From NCBI GenBank assembly GCA_028702045.1, contig JAQVPP010000001.1, forward strand, positions 1-44,301: a DNA stretch of 44,301 nucleotides, read 5' to 3'. This stretch comes from Minisyncoccota bacterium (GTDB lineage Bacteria > Patescibacteriota > Minisyncoccia > UBA6257 > JAKLIH01). Of the stretch, positions 31,119-38,877 are shown one piece after another. The translations under genes were made by a program, and so were the position numbers. Position 1 is the first letter of the stretch. The number at the start of each line of letters is the position of its first letter. Under the pieces are notes generated by a model. It did not search any database, was not told where the DNA came from, and worked only from the letters and a program-made list of their open reading frames with translations.

Positions 31119-31175
31119 ATTAGTTTAAAAAAACACAATTGCTCCAAATGTATTGGGGCAAAAGGAGAAAATATA

Positions 31176-31619
31176 ATGAATCAGTTCCAAACAAGAGCTG
31201 TTTATGATGTATTTCCATTCTTAGTCTGTGAAAATTTATATTCCTTAAACTCTTTAGAAATAAAGAGATTGTGTATTCAACATTGCGAAAGCATTGTAGC
31301 TTTTTGGGAAGATGACAATAGAGGCATAACCCAATCTTTTTGTGAGATTAAAGGGTATGCCGAAAATTATCAGCCTATTTTTACAGAAAGTTCAACCCCA
31401 GGGGAGGAAGGAATTAGTTTAGGAGAGATATTGTTTATTTTAGAATCAAAAATAAACGATATTAAGTATATTTTTGTGCATGAGTATGAGTCCAATTATT
31501 ATCATGGCACAATATTCATTTTAAATAATGATATTAAGTGCCAAATAAAAGACTATTTGGCTCAAAAAATAAAAGAGGAAGGAGATAGATTGGCTCAAAA
31601 AATAAAAGAAATTGAGTAA
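31176..31619 (+). CDS. hypothetical protein (147 aa)
   Basis: AAAAGGAG lies upstream of the ATG. No TGA. A C-terminal 20-nt direct repeat encodes LAQKIKE twice. No recognisable domain. Confidence 0.5.
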   Translation: MNQFQTRAVYDVFPFLVCENLYSLNSLEIKRLCIQHCESIVAFWEDDNRGITQSFCEIKGYAENYQPIFTESSTPGEEGISLGEILFILESKINDIKYIFVHEYESNYYHGTIFILNNDIKCQIKDYLAQKIKEEGDRLAQKIKEIE

Positions 31620-31645
31620 AAATTAAGTTTTACTTAATTGAATAA

Positions 31646-31675
31646 AATAGGGATATATACATATCCCTATTTTTT
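31646..31675 (+). terminator. intrinsic terminator
   Basis: AATAGGGATAT / ATATCCCTATT stem with a T-run. Confidence 0.75.
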
Positions 31676-31726
31676 ATTGAAAAAAAAGATATATTTTGCT
31701 AAACTTAACAAAACTAAATAAAAAAT

Positions 31727-32791
31727 ATGAATTTATCAGTAGGAATAGTAGGATTGCCTAATGTAGGTAAGTCAACATTATTTAACACATTAACCAAAAA
31801 CAAAGCAGATATTGCTAATTATCCATTTTGCACAATAGACCCAAACATAGGTATTGTAGAAGTACCTGATTTTAGACTAGACAAATTAAGTTCTTTTAGT
31901 AATTCAGCTAAAACTATACCAGCTATAGTTAAGTTTGTTGATATAGCTGGACTTGTTAAAGGAGCAAATAAAGGAGAAGGATTAGGTAATCAATTTTTAT
32001 CTAACATTCGTGAAACTCATTCTATCATATATGTATTACGTGCTTTTAAAAATGAAAAGATTTTAAATGTCCTGGACAAAGTAAATGTAATTGAGTCTAA
32101 AGAAATACTAGATACAGAACTTGCTTTAAAAGATCTAGAGACAATAGAAAAAAGACTTTTCTCTTTAAAAAAGGATGCTAAAAGAGGTAACAAAGACGCT
32201 ATTAAAGAAGTAGAGGTATTAGAGAATATAGAGAGTAAGCTAAAAGAAGGGAATTTAATCAGAGATCTAGATCTATCAGATAATGATAGACAAATACTTA
32301 AGCAATACTCTTTCTTAACAGCTAAACCTTGTCTTTTTGTCCTAAATGGCAAAGATGATGAGGTGGATCCAGAAATAAAAGAATATTTTACTAAAAATAA
32401 TTTCAAGTATATCATCATAGATATTCGTGATGAGTATGATATTGCTAACTTATCTGATTTAGAAAAAGAAGAGCTAGGCATAGAAAATAAATCAGAACTA
32501 GATATACTTATTAGAGAATCATACAAGCTTCTAGATTTGATTACTTTTTTCACAACAGGACAAGATGAGACAAGGGCCTGAACAATCAAAAATAATACAA
32601 AAGCTCCAGACGCAGCAGGTGTAATTCATAATGATTTTAAAGAAAGATTTATTAAAGCAGATACTATTAATTGGCAAACACTAATTGATTCTGTATCTTG
32701 AGAAAATGCTAGAAGCTTAGGATTAATCAGATCAGAAGGCAAGGAATATTTAGTACAAGATGGAGATGTTCTAGAAATTAAACATAATTAA
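31727..32791 (+). CDS. ychF: redox-regulated ATPase YchF
   Basis: Track ORF 31727-32581 continues in frame through TGA at 32579 and 32699 to TAA at 32789-32791. Motifs: GIVGLPNVGKSTLFN, FCTIDPN, VDIAGLVKGA, and C-terminal GKEYLVQDGDV. Confidence 0.9.
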
Positions 32792-32792
32792 T

Positions 32793-33647
32793 ATGATATT
32801 TGATTCACACACACATTTACAATTCAATGCTTTTGAAAACGATCTCAATGATCTTGTTTTCAAATTAAAACAAAATAATATTTATTTAATCAATGTGGGG
32901 TCCAATATAGAAAACTCTATTAAGTCTATAGAGTTAAGTAAGCAATATGATTTTATGTATTCTTCTGTAGGCATACATCCAGTATCAGTTTTACCACAAG
33001 AGAGCCTATATGATAAAGATGAGAGCAAAGAAAAAATAGACGAGACAAAACAAGTAGTAGATAATAATTTTGAAAAACTCATTCTTAATGAGAAGGTGAT
33101 AGCAGTAGGAGAATGTGGCCTAGATTATTCATATATAGAACACTTAAACTTAAGTGAAGAAGAAAAGGAAAATCTTAAACAAAAACAAATTAATATTTTT
33201 AAAGATCAAATAAGATTAGCTCAAAAACATAACAAAACTCTTATCCTGCATATAAGAGATCTGTATAAAGAGGCAATAAACATATTAAAACAAGAAAACT
33301 TTACACAAAAAGCAATATTTCATTTTTTTAAAGGAGATAAAGATATAGTAGAAGAGATATTAAAGAATCCAAATTGATTTTTTGGTTTTTCAGGAATAAT
33401 CACATATTCAGATTCCCTTAACAATATAATCAAAATGATACCCCTAAGTAGAATGTTAATTGAAACAGATGCTCCATATGTCTCTCCAGTGCCAAACAGG
33501 GGACAAAGAAACGATCCAACCAATTTAAAATATATTATTCAGAAAATTAGCACTATTCTTGATGTTACAATGCAAGAAGTAGAAGATCAAACATTTCAAA
33601 ATGCTTTTTATGTGTACAACTTAGAGAATTTGACAAATTTAAGATAA
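32793..33647 (+). CDS. tatD: TatD family metal-dependent hydrolase
   Basis: Track ORFs 32793-33377 and 33435-33647 share one frame, joined by a TGA at 33375. Motifs: DSHTHL, GIHP, GECGLDY, LETDAPYVSPVPNRGQRNDP. Confidence 0.85.
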
Positions 33648-33658
33648 TTTGGTATAAT
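33630..33658 (+). promoter_or_regulatory. consensus sigma-70 promoter (TTGACA-17-TGgTATAAT)
   Basis: Perfect -35 and -10 elements with an extended -10, overlapping the last codons of tatD. Confidence 0.65.
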
Positions 33659-33663
33659 ACACT

Positions 33664-33755
33664 TATGATTAAATATAATAATTTAACCAACAGGGAGGGT
33701 TATCGACGGAGATATCCATGAGGATAGACTCACAATAGACAACCCTCCCTTTTTT
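33664..33755 (+). ncRNA. candidate small transcript A (about 90 nt) ending in a GGGAGGG...CCCTCCC-T6 hairpin
   Basis: Consensus promoter immediately upstream. Long hairpin at 33693-33749 followed by TTTTTT. No credible ORF or ribosome-binding site. Confidence 0.35.
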
Positions 33756-33784
33756 ATTAAAAATATACAATTTTGTCACAGGTA

Positions 33785-33813
33785 TTGACAAATTAAACTA
33801 TATATGATATAAT
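33785..33813 (+). promoter_or_regulatory. consensus sigma-70 promoter (TTGACA-17-TGaTATAAT)
   Basis: Perfect -35 and -10 elements with an extended -10. Confidence 0.65.
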
Positions 33814-33819
33814 GGTATT

Positions 33820-33984
33820 ATAAAAATATAAACAAGGAGGTACCCTATGAATTTAGGGAATCATCCCCCTTAACATAGGGGGAATCTATGGTATATTATA
33901 ATATACCATAGAGTTAATATTGTTTATAATAACGCACATGGGAGGGCATCGTAAGCTCCAAGGCACACGACCCTCCCTTTTTTA
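33820..33984 (+). ncRNA. candidate small transcript B (about 165 nt), or an attenuator leader of rplS
   Basis: Three successive hairpins:
- TCCCCCT / AGGGGGA.
- A 26-bp perfect palindrome at 33886-33911.
- GGGAGGG...CCCTCCC plus a T-run.
The only ORF is an 8-codon one (MNLGNHPP) after AAGGAGG. Confidence 0.35.
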
Positions 33985-34061
33985 TTTTAAGGTAAAAATA
34001 TTGACTAAAACCTTATTTTATGTTAAATTTAACATATTAAATATGAAATAATTGAATTATT

Positions 34062-34544
34062 ATGAATTTACAAATAATAGATAAATGGATAAAAGATAAT
34101 TTTGCTAGCAAAACAAATCACAAAGTAAATGTTGGTGATACTGTTAAGGTAGTTATCAGATTAAATGAGCAAGCTAAAAATAAAGCTCAAAAAACTCAAA
34201 TTATCCATGGCTTAGTCATAGCTAAAAAACATGGCTCAGAAATAGGATCAACTATTACTATTAGAAGAATTGTTTCTGGTATAGGTATTGAGTGGATCTT
34301 ACCACTTAACTCTCCAGATATTATTAGTCTAGAAGTTTTAAAATCTTCAAAAGTTAGAAAATCAAAACTTTATTTTCTTAGAGACAAGACTATTAAAGAA
34401 ACTAAGTCTAAATTAAGAAAGAGTACTACTAGAGTAGAAAGTAACGAAGATATTTTTGAAGAAGAAGCAGAACCAGAAATAGAAGAAGAAATTGCTACAA
34501 CAGAGGAAACTACAGAAAGTACACAACCTGTTGAAGAAAAGTAA
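34062..34544 (+). CDS. rplS: 50S ribosomal protein L19 with acidic C-terminal extension
   Basis: The VGDTVKVVIRLNE...QIIHGLVIAKKHGS...TITIRRIVSGIGIEWILPLNSP pattern is typical of L19. It carries an extra Glu-rich tail of about 45 aa. Confidence 0.88.
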   Translation: MNLQIIDKWIKDNFASKTNHKVNVGDTVKVVIRLNEQAKNKAQKTQIIHGLVIAKKHGSEIGSTITIRRIVSGIGIEWILPLNSPDIISLEVLKSSKVRKSKLYFLRDKTIKETKSKLRKSTTRVESNEDIFEEEAEPEIEEEIATTEETTESTQPVEEK

Positions 34545-34550
34545 AATAAA

Positions 34551-34574
34551 AACAGGTTGTTTAACCTGTTTTTT
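34551..34574 (+). terminator. intrinsic terminator after rplS
   Basis: ACAGGTT / AACCTGT stem with a T-run. Confidence 0.65.
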
Positions 34575-34578
34575 CTTT

Positions 34579-34663
34579 GCCTAGGTGGTGGAATTGGCAG
34601 ACACGCTACCCTAAGGAGGTAGTGAGATTTATTCTCGTGCGAGTTCAACTCTCGCCCTGGGCA
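34579..34663 (+). tRNA. tRNA-Leu with anticodon AAG (A34), class II
   Basis: Acceptor GCCTAGG/CCTGGGC (one G-U pair). Anticodon arm CTACC-CTAAGGA-GGTAG, in the same register as E. coli tRNA-Leu(CAG). Long variable arm. T-arm GCGAGTTCAACTCTCGC. Confidence 0.85.
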
Positions 34664-34686
34664 CATATAAATTAAAAATAAATAAC

Positions 34687-35190
34687 ATGGAAAAACCAAA
34701 TAAAAAAACTTTTAAACAATTAGGGGCTTTGATTGTTATCATTGTCTTTGTTTTAGGGTCATATGGTATCTTTTTCGTATTAAATAATACTCAACCTACT
34801 ACAGTAGAGTTATCCGAAGAAGAGTTGCAGGAATTAATAGATAATCAAGATATAGAGATATTAAGTGAGCCTACACAAGCAACCTCTAATAATCAAGAAG
34901 ATTCTTCTGTTGAAGATCCAGATATGATTTTATTTTATTCTCAATCATGTCCACATTGTCATAATGTAAACAACTTTATCAAAGAGAATAATATTGATGA
35001 AAAAATCAATATATTACAGCTTGATGCTAGTGGAAAGTATAATGAGCTATTTGTAGAAAAAGTTAAAGAGTGTAATTTAGATTCTCAAGGATATGGCGTC
35101 CCATTTCTATTCTATAATCCAGAAGACAAAGGCTGTGTCATGGGAGACACTCCAATTATAGACTTTTTAAAAGATTATCTTAGTCTTTAA
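34687..35190 (+). CDS. membrane-anchored thioredoxin/glutaredoxin-fold protein (CPHC)
   Basis: N-terminal TM segment, then FYSQSCPHCHNV CxxC motif, then a GVPFLF motif. Confidence 0.65.
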   Translation: MEKPNKKTFKQLGALIVIIVFVLGSYGIFFVLNNTQPTTVELSEEELQELIDNQDIEILSEPTQATSNNQEDSSVEDPDMILFYSQSCPHCHNVNNFIKENNIDEKINILQLDASGKYNELFVEKVKECNLDSQGYGVPFLFYNPEDKGCVMGDTPIIDFLKDYLSL

Positions 35191-36418
35191 AATTATATTT
35201 CTTATATAACAACTTATGATAATTTATAGCAAACCTATGAGATTCGTCTTGTAGGTTTTTTAAAATATAAAAAACACTATTATCCAAATCTTTTCATTTT
35301 ATTTTTTTATCAGGGAAAACTAGTTCTTGTTTTCCCTTAGCCATACCAGCTATCTTAATATCAGGGAATAATGGACTTATCACTCTTACCGCAGTATTTA
35401 CTTGAGCTATACCTCCATCTATGATTACTACATCAGGCAAAGTCCAGTCATGAGTAAATCTTCTTTTTAAAACCTCTTCATGCATAAGTACATCATTTGG
35501 CTCTAAAGGACTGTATTTAATTTTAAATTTCTTGTACTCACTTTTATTGATTCCCTTATCATCAAAAACAACCATAGATCCTGTAGCAAATTTACCCATA
35601 ATATTAGATATATCATACATCTCAATACGTATATCTTTTTTATTATCTATATCAAATAATTTTAAAAGTTCTTTAGTTTCATAATTATCCTGTAATACAT
35701 TCTTATGTTCAAAAACTTGTTTTATACCTAAGTATTGTTTTTTCAGATCGTTAGCTATTTCAAAATTTTGTTTAATAATATTCTTATTTATTTCTTTTTC
35801 AATTTTATTTAAAATAGATGTTCGCTTACCAAGCAATATATTTTTAATATTTGATATGTTTTGCCTATATTTCTTAACATCACTAGCTGTATATTTAGCA
35901 TCTTTTTGGCAACAAAACCCATAACATAAATTAAGTTGGGAATTTAAGCACATATGTTTATGCATATTCTTACATGTACAATAGGGAAACACATCTCTTA
36001 AGTAACTTAGTAGGCTTTTTAGCTGAGTAGAATTAGTAAAAGGTCCTAAATAAGTAGAGCTTAGGTTTGTTTTATTTTTCCTAACAAAAATACGAGGAAA
36101 AGTATCCTTTGTTATTTCTACAAAAGAGTAATTAGCATCACTCTTAAATACAGTATTTAAAAAGGGCTGATATTTTTTAATCAAAAAAGATTCTTTGATT
36201 AATGCCTCTGCCTCTGTATCAGTCAAAACTAATTTTAAATCAGTAGCTTTCTTATTTATCTGGATATTTTTCTTATTATTTTGATTAATATATGATTTGA
36301 GTCTTTTATTTAGATCTTTTGCCTTACCTACATATATGATTTCTTTATTTTGCATAAAAAGATAGACTCCAGCAGAGTTAGGACTATCTTTTATCTTTTG
36401 CAAAACTTTATTTATCAT
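35180..36418 (-). CDS. uvrC: UvrC-like excinuclease subunit, short form (412 aa) lacking the C-terminal HhH domain
   Basis: - Track ORF 35294-36418 continues through a TGA at 35294-35296 to TAA (complement of 35180-35182).
- GIY-YIG N-terminus GVYLFMQNKEIIYVGKAKDLNKRLKSY.
- Endonuclease-domain motifs IEMYDISNIMG and VIIDGGIAQVN.
- Ends with LQDESHRFAINYH. Confidence 0.75.
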
Positions 36419-36463
36419 GTTTTTATTTTTATTATACCATATTTACACACAAACTTAAAACTA

Positions 36464-36492
36464 TTGACTTTTTAAAACATCTTTGATATCAT
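36464..36492 (+). promoter_or_regulatory. sigma-70 promoter (TTGACT-17-TGaTATCAT)
   Basis: Good -35 element, 17-nt spacer and extended -10. Divergent from uvrC. Confidence 0.55.
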
Positions 36493-36498
36493 TTTAAT

Positions 36499-36611
36499 AA
36501 GATATATTTTTCCCCGTAGACCACGCCATATCCAAGATGGGATATCTAAGTGGGAGGGGATCTAGCTAACCTATAAGGGTTAAAAACAAGGAGGGTCACG
36601 AGACCCTCCTT
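36499..36611 (+). ncRNA. candidate small transcript C (about 110 nt)
   Basis: GC-rich segment with hairpins ATATCC/GGATAT and AAGGAGGGTC/GACCCTCCTT. No ORF. Confidence 0.3.
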
Positions 36612-36613
36612 AT

Positions 36614-36661
36614 CTATTTATATCATAAAAGTGCAATATGTGTGGTGACATTATCATAGGG
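36614..36661 (+). repeat. 48-nt direct repeat R1 (43/48 identical to 38794-38841)
   Basis: TATTTATATCATAAAAGTGCAATATGTGTGGTGACATTATCATAGGGG. A partial internal duplicate, GACATTATCATATGGG, follows it. Confidence 0.8.
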
Positions 36662-36708
36662 GATTACCATGACATTATCATATGGGAGTCACAGTGTTCG
36701 GGCAACCT

Positions 36709-36737
36709 ATTGACTTTTATTACTTTTTAATGTAGAA
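36709..36737 (+). promoter_or_regulatory. promoter of abiEi-abiEii (TTGACT-17-TAGAAT)
   Basis: Spacing and hexamers are close to consensus. Located 33 nt upstream of the abiEi ATG. Confidence 0.5.
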
Positions 36738-36769
36738 TTAGTATATAAAGTATACTAAAAGTAAATCAA

Positions 36770-37408
36770 ATGGGAAAAAATATAAAAGATATCGTAAAAA
36801 ATATGCCTTTATTTTCCAAACAAAATATAGCAATATATTATAAAGGGAAAATTAATACATTAAACGCTCAGATTAAATATGCTTTTAAGACTGGTGATAT
36901 TTTAAAGCTTAAAAATGGACTTTACATGTCTAATGATTTTTATATTAGAACTAAAGATAAAGATGGTTTAAAAGAATATATTGCTAGTCAATTAAAAAGT
37001 CCTTCTTATTTAAGTCGAGAATATGTTATGCAAAAATATAATTTACTAACAGAAGCAATATATGGCATTACTTCGGTTACGTTAAAAACTAGGAAACAAT
37101 ATCAGAATTTTTTAGGATCTTTTATTTATTATTCTATAAAAAAAGATTTTTATTTTGGATATGATGAAAAAAGATTTCTTTCTAATGTTTATTTTGAAGC
37201 TAATAAATCTAAGGCAGTTTTTGATTATTTATATCTTAAAAAAAATATTAGTAAAAATTTAAAGCAAGAAATTTTGGAAGATTTGCGTATTAATTGAGAA
37301 AATTTTTCAAAAAATGATTTTAATTTATTTTATGATTATTGTTTAAAATCAAAATCCAAAAAAATGAAACGTATTGCCAATATTTTAAAAAAAAGTATTT
37401 ATAAATAA
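36770..37408 (+). CDS. abiEi: AbiEi-like antitoxin / transcriptional regulator
   Basis: Track ORF 36770-37297 continues through a TGA at 37295 to TAA at 37406-37408. About 210 aa and lies directly upstream of an AbiEii/DUF1814 gene. The LKNGLYM segment resembles the AbiEi N-terminal domain. Confidence 0.55.
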
Positions 37409-37413
37409 AAAAT

Positions 37414-38247
37414 ATGATTTTACAAGAATTAAAAACAATTGTTGATAATAAAATCCAAGCTGATATACCCAAAGAAGCAATTCGGAATCTTTTAAAACAA
37501 CATCTTCAGTATTATTTTTTGAATTTTTTATATAATTCTGATTATGGCAGACATCTAATTTTTATTGGTGGCAGTGCCTTACGTGTTTGTTATGGTTTAA
37601 ATAGATTATCTGAAGATATTGATATGGATATTGAAAAAGGAGCTACTATTAATAAAAAAGAGTTAGCAGAAGATATATTAAAATATTTTAAACAAAAATT
37701 TTTATTTAATAATTTAGAATATTCCATCTCTGGTCATTATGAAAAAATATATTTTAAGTTTCCTATTCTTAAAGAATTAGGTCTTGCTGCTGATAATGAC
37801 TCTGATAAACTTTATGTTAAATTAGAAATATCAGATGCAATTTCTGGATCCTATACAACTGAGTTAACAGCTATTTCCGCTCTAGGTTTTAATTTTATAA
37901 TTAGAAATTACAATCTAGAGACATTAATGGCTTCTAAAATCTGTGCAATTTTTACACGCAAATATTTTAAAGGTAAAGACGATAACTATAATTTTAAAGG
38001 TAGGGATTACTTTGATCTTCTCTGGTATTTGCAAAAAGGGATAATTCCAAATATGGAATTTATTAAAGACACTTTAAAAATTGATAATTTAGAAGAATTA
38101 TATTTAAAATTAAATGATTTAGTTCAAAAAATTAATATTAAATATTTGAAAGAAGATTTAGTTCCACTTTTTGAAGATGGGGCTTTTATTGAAAAATATT
38201 GCGAGAATTATAAAACAATGGCTCAACAATTCTTATCTAAAAAATAA
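37414..38247 (+). CDS. abiEii: AbiEii/AbiGii family nucleotidyltransferase toxin (DUF1814)
   Basis: 277 aa. The LIFIGGSALRVCYGLNRLSEDIDMD motif is typical of the family (GG-AL...R-S-D-D). Confidence 0.75.
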   Translation: MILQELKTIVDNKIQADIPKEAIRNLLKQHLQYYFLNFLYNSDYGRHLIFIGGSALRVCYGLNRLSEDIDMDIEKGATINKKELAEDILKYFKQKFLFNNLEYSISGHYEKIYFKFPILKELGLAADNDSDKLYVKLEISDAISGSYTTELTAISALGFNFIIRNYNLETLMASKICAIFTRKYFKGKDDNYNFKGRDYFDLLWYLQKGIIPNMEFIKDTLKIDNLEELYLKLNDLVQKINIKYLKEDLVPLFEDGAFIEKYCENYKTMAQQFLSKK

Positions 38248-38406
38248 AATTTTTATTAATAATTTTACCTATAAGTAATTAATGGTTGATTAATAATATT
38301 AATTACTAAAAAGAGTAATTTAGCTTACTAAGTTTGTTATAAATTTATTATACCAAAAAAAGAGTCTTTTTTAATTAAATTGGTTTATTATATATTTTAT
38401 CTTACT

Positions 38407-38472
38407 GTTGCACTTCGGAGTAGAATCCGCCCTTAGGGGGTTGACAATTTAATAAAAGTATGTTAACATAAT
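38407..38472 (+). promoter_or_regulatory. promoter cassette copy 3
   Basis: GTTGCACTTCGGAGTAGAATCCGCC lies 34 nt upstream of TTGACA (38441-38446), followed by a 17-nt spacer and TGtTAACAT. Confidence 0.55.
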
Positions 38473-38476
38473 TTTA

Positions 38477-38747
38477 TCAATATTTTGGCTTCCTCTTGCC
38501 AAAAAAGAGGAGAGCAAGAAAGGACATTAATGAAAATTATTAGTGAAAATCAAAAAAAGAGAACCAGAGAAGTTGTAGTGGTGAGAGGGAACAAGTCCCG
38601 AACACTGCACATAAAAAAAATAGGAGGACAATGGTTCTCTTTCTTGGGGATTGATCAAAAAGGAAAAAGGATTTTTAAGCCCTTTTCTCCTTAATTCTCC
38701 CCACTCGCACTAAGACCCAAACGAGTATAAATAAGGGTCTTTTTTTA
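38477..38747 (+). other. GC-rich transcription unit D: either a structured RNA of about 270 nt or a 54-aa basic peptide (ATG 38530 to TAA 38694)
   Basis: Driven by cassette copy 3 and ends in the terminator AAGACCC/GGGTCTT plus T7 (38712-38747). An internal hairpin CCTCTT/AAGAGG and the AGAGGAG...ATG arrangement leave coding status unresolved. Confidence 0.35.
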
Positions 38748-38793
38748 TTTCCTCTTTTACTTATATGTATCTAGTTGCTTGTAACGATTTTCT

Positions 38794-38841
38794 TATTTAT
38801 ATCATAAAAATGAAATATGTGCGGTGACATTACCTTAGGGG
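38794..38841 (+). repeat. 48-nt direct repeat R2
   Basis: TATTTATATCATAAAAATGAAATATGTGCGGTGACATTACCTTAGGGG. Abuts TTGACA at 38843. Confidence 0.8.
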
Positions 38842-38842
38842 G

Positions 38843-38871
38843 TTGACAAAAAATAATCAATATGGTATATT
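38843..38871 (+). promoter_or_regulatory. sigma-70 promoter (TTGACA-17-TGgTATATT)
   Basis: Consensus -35 element, 17-nt spacer and extended -10. Confidence 0.6.
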
Positions 38872-38877
38872 ACTAAA

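Noticed and set aside
33940-33984. SRP RNA-like string AGCTCCAAGGCAC (compare AGCAGCCAAGGCAG of 4.5S RNA)
   Set aside because: The 5' half of the SRP domain IV motif (GGUCC-GGAA-GGAAGC) is absent, and the hairpin is too short.
34370-34699. 109-aa minus-strand ORF
   Set aside because: It overlaps the rplS 3' end, a terminator and the whole tRNA-Leu(AAG) gene, so it is a shadow ORF.
38485-38694. The 69-aa ORF exactly as listed in the track
   Set aside because: It requires a TTG start right at the predicted transcription start, with no ribosome-binding site. If the region is coding at all, the internal ATG at 38530 is more credible. I kept it as an ambiguous unit rather than a confident CDS.
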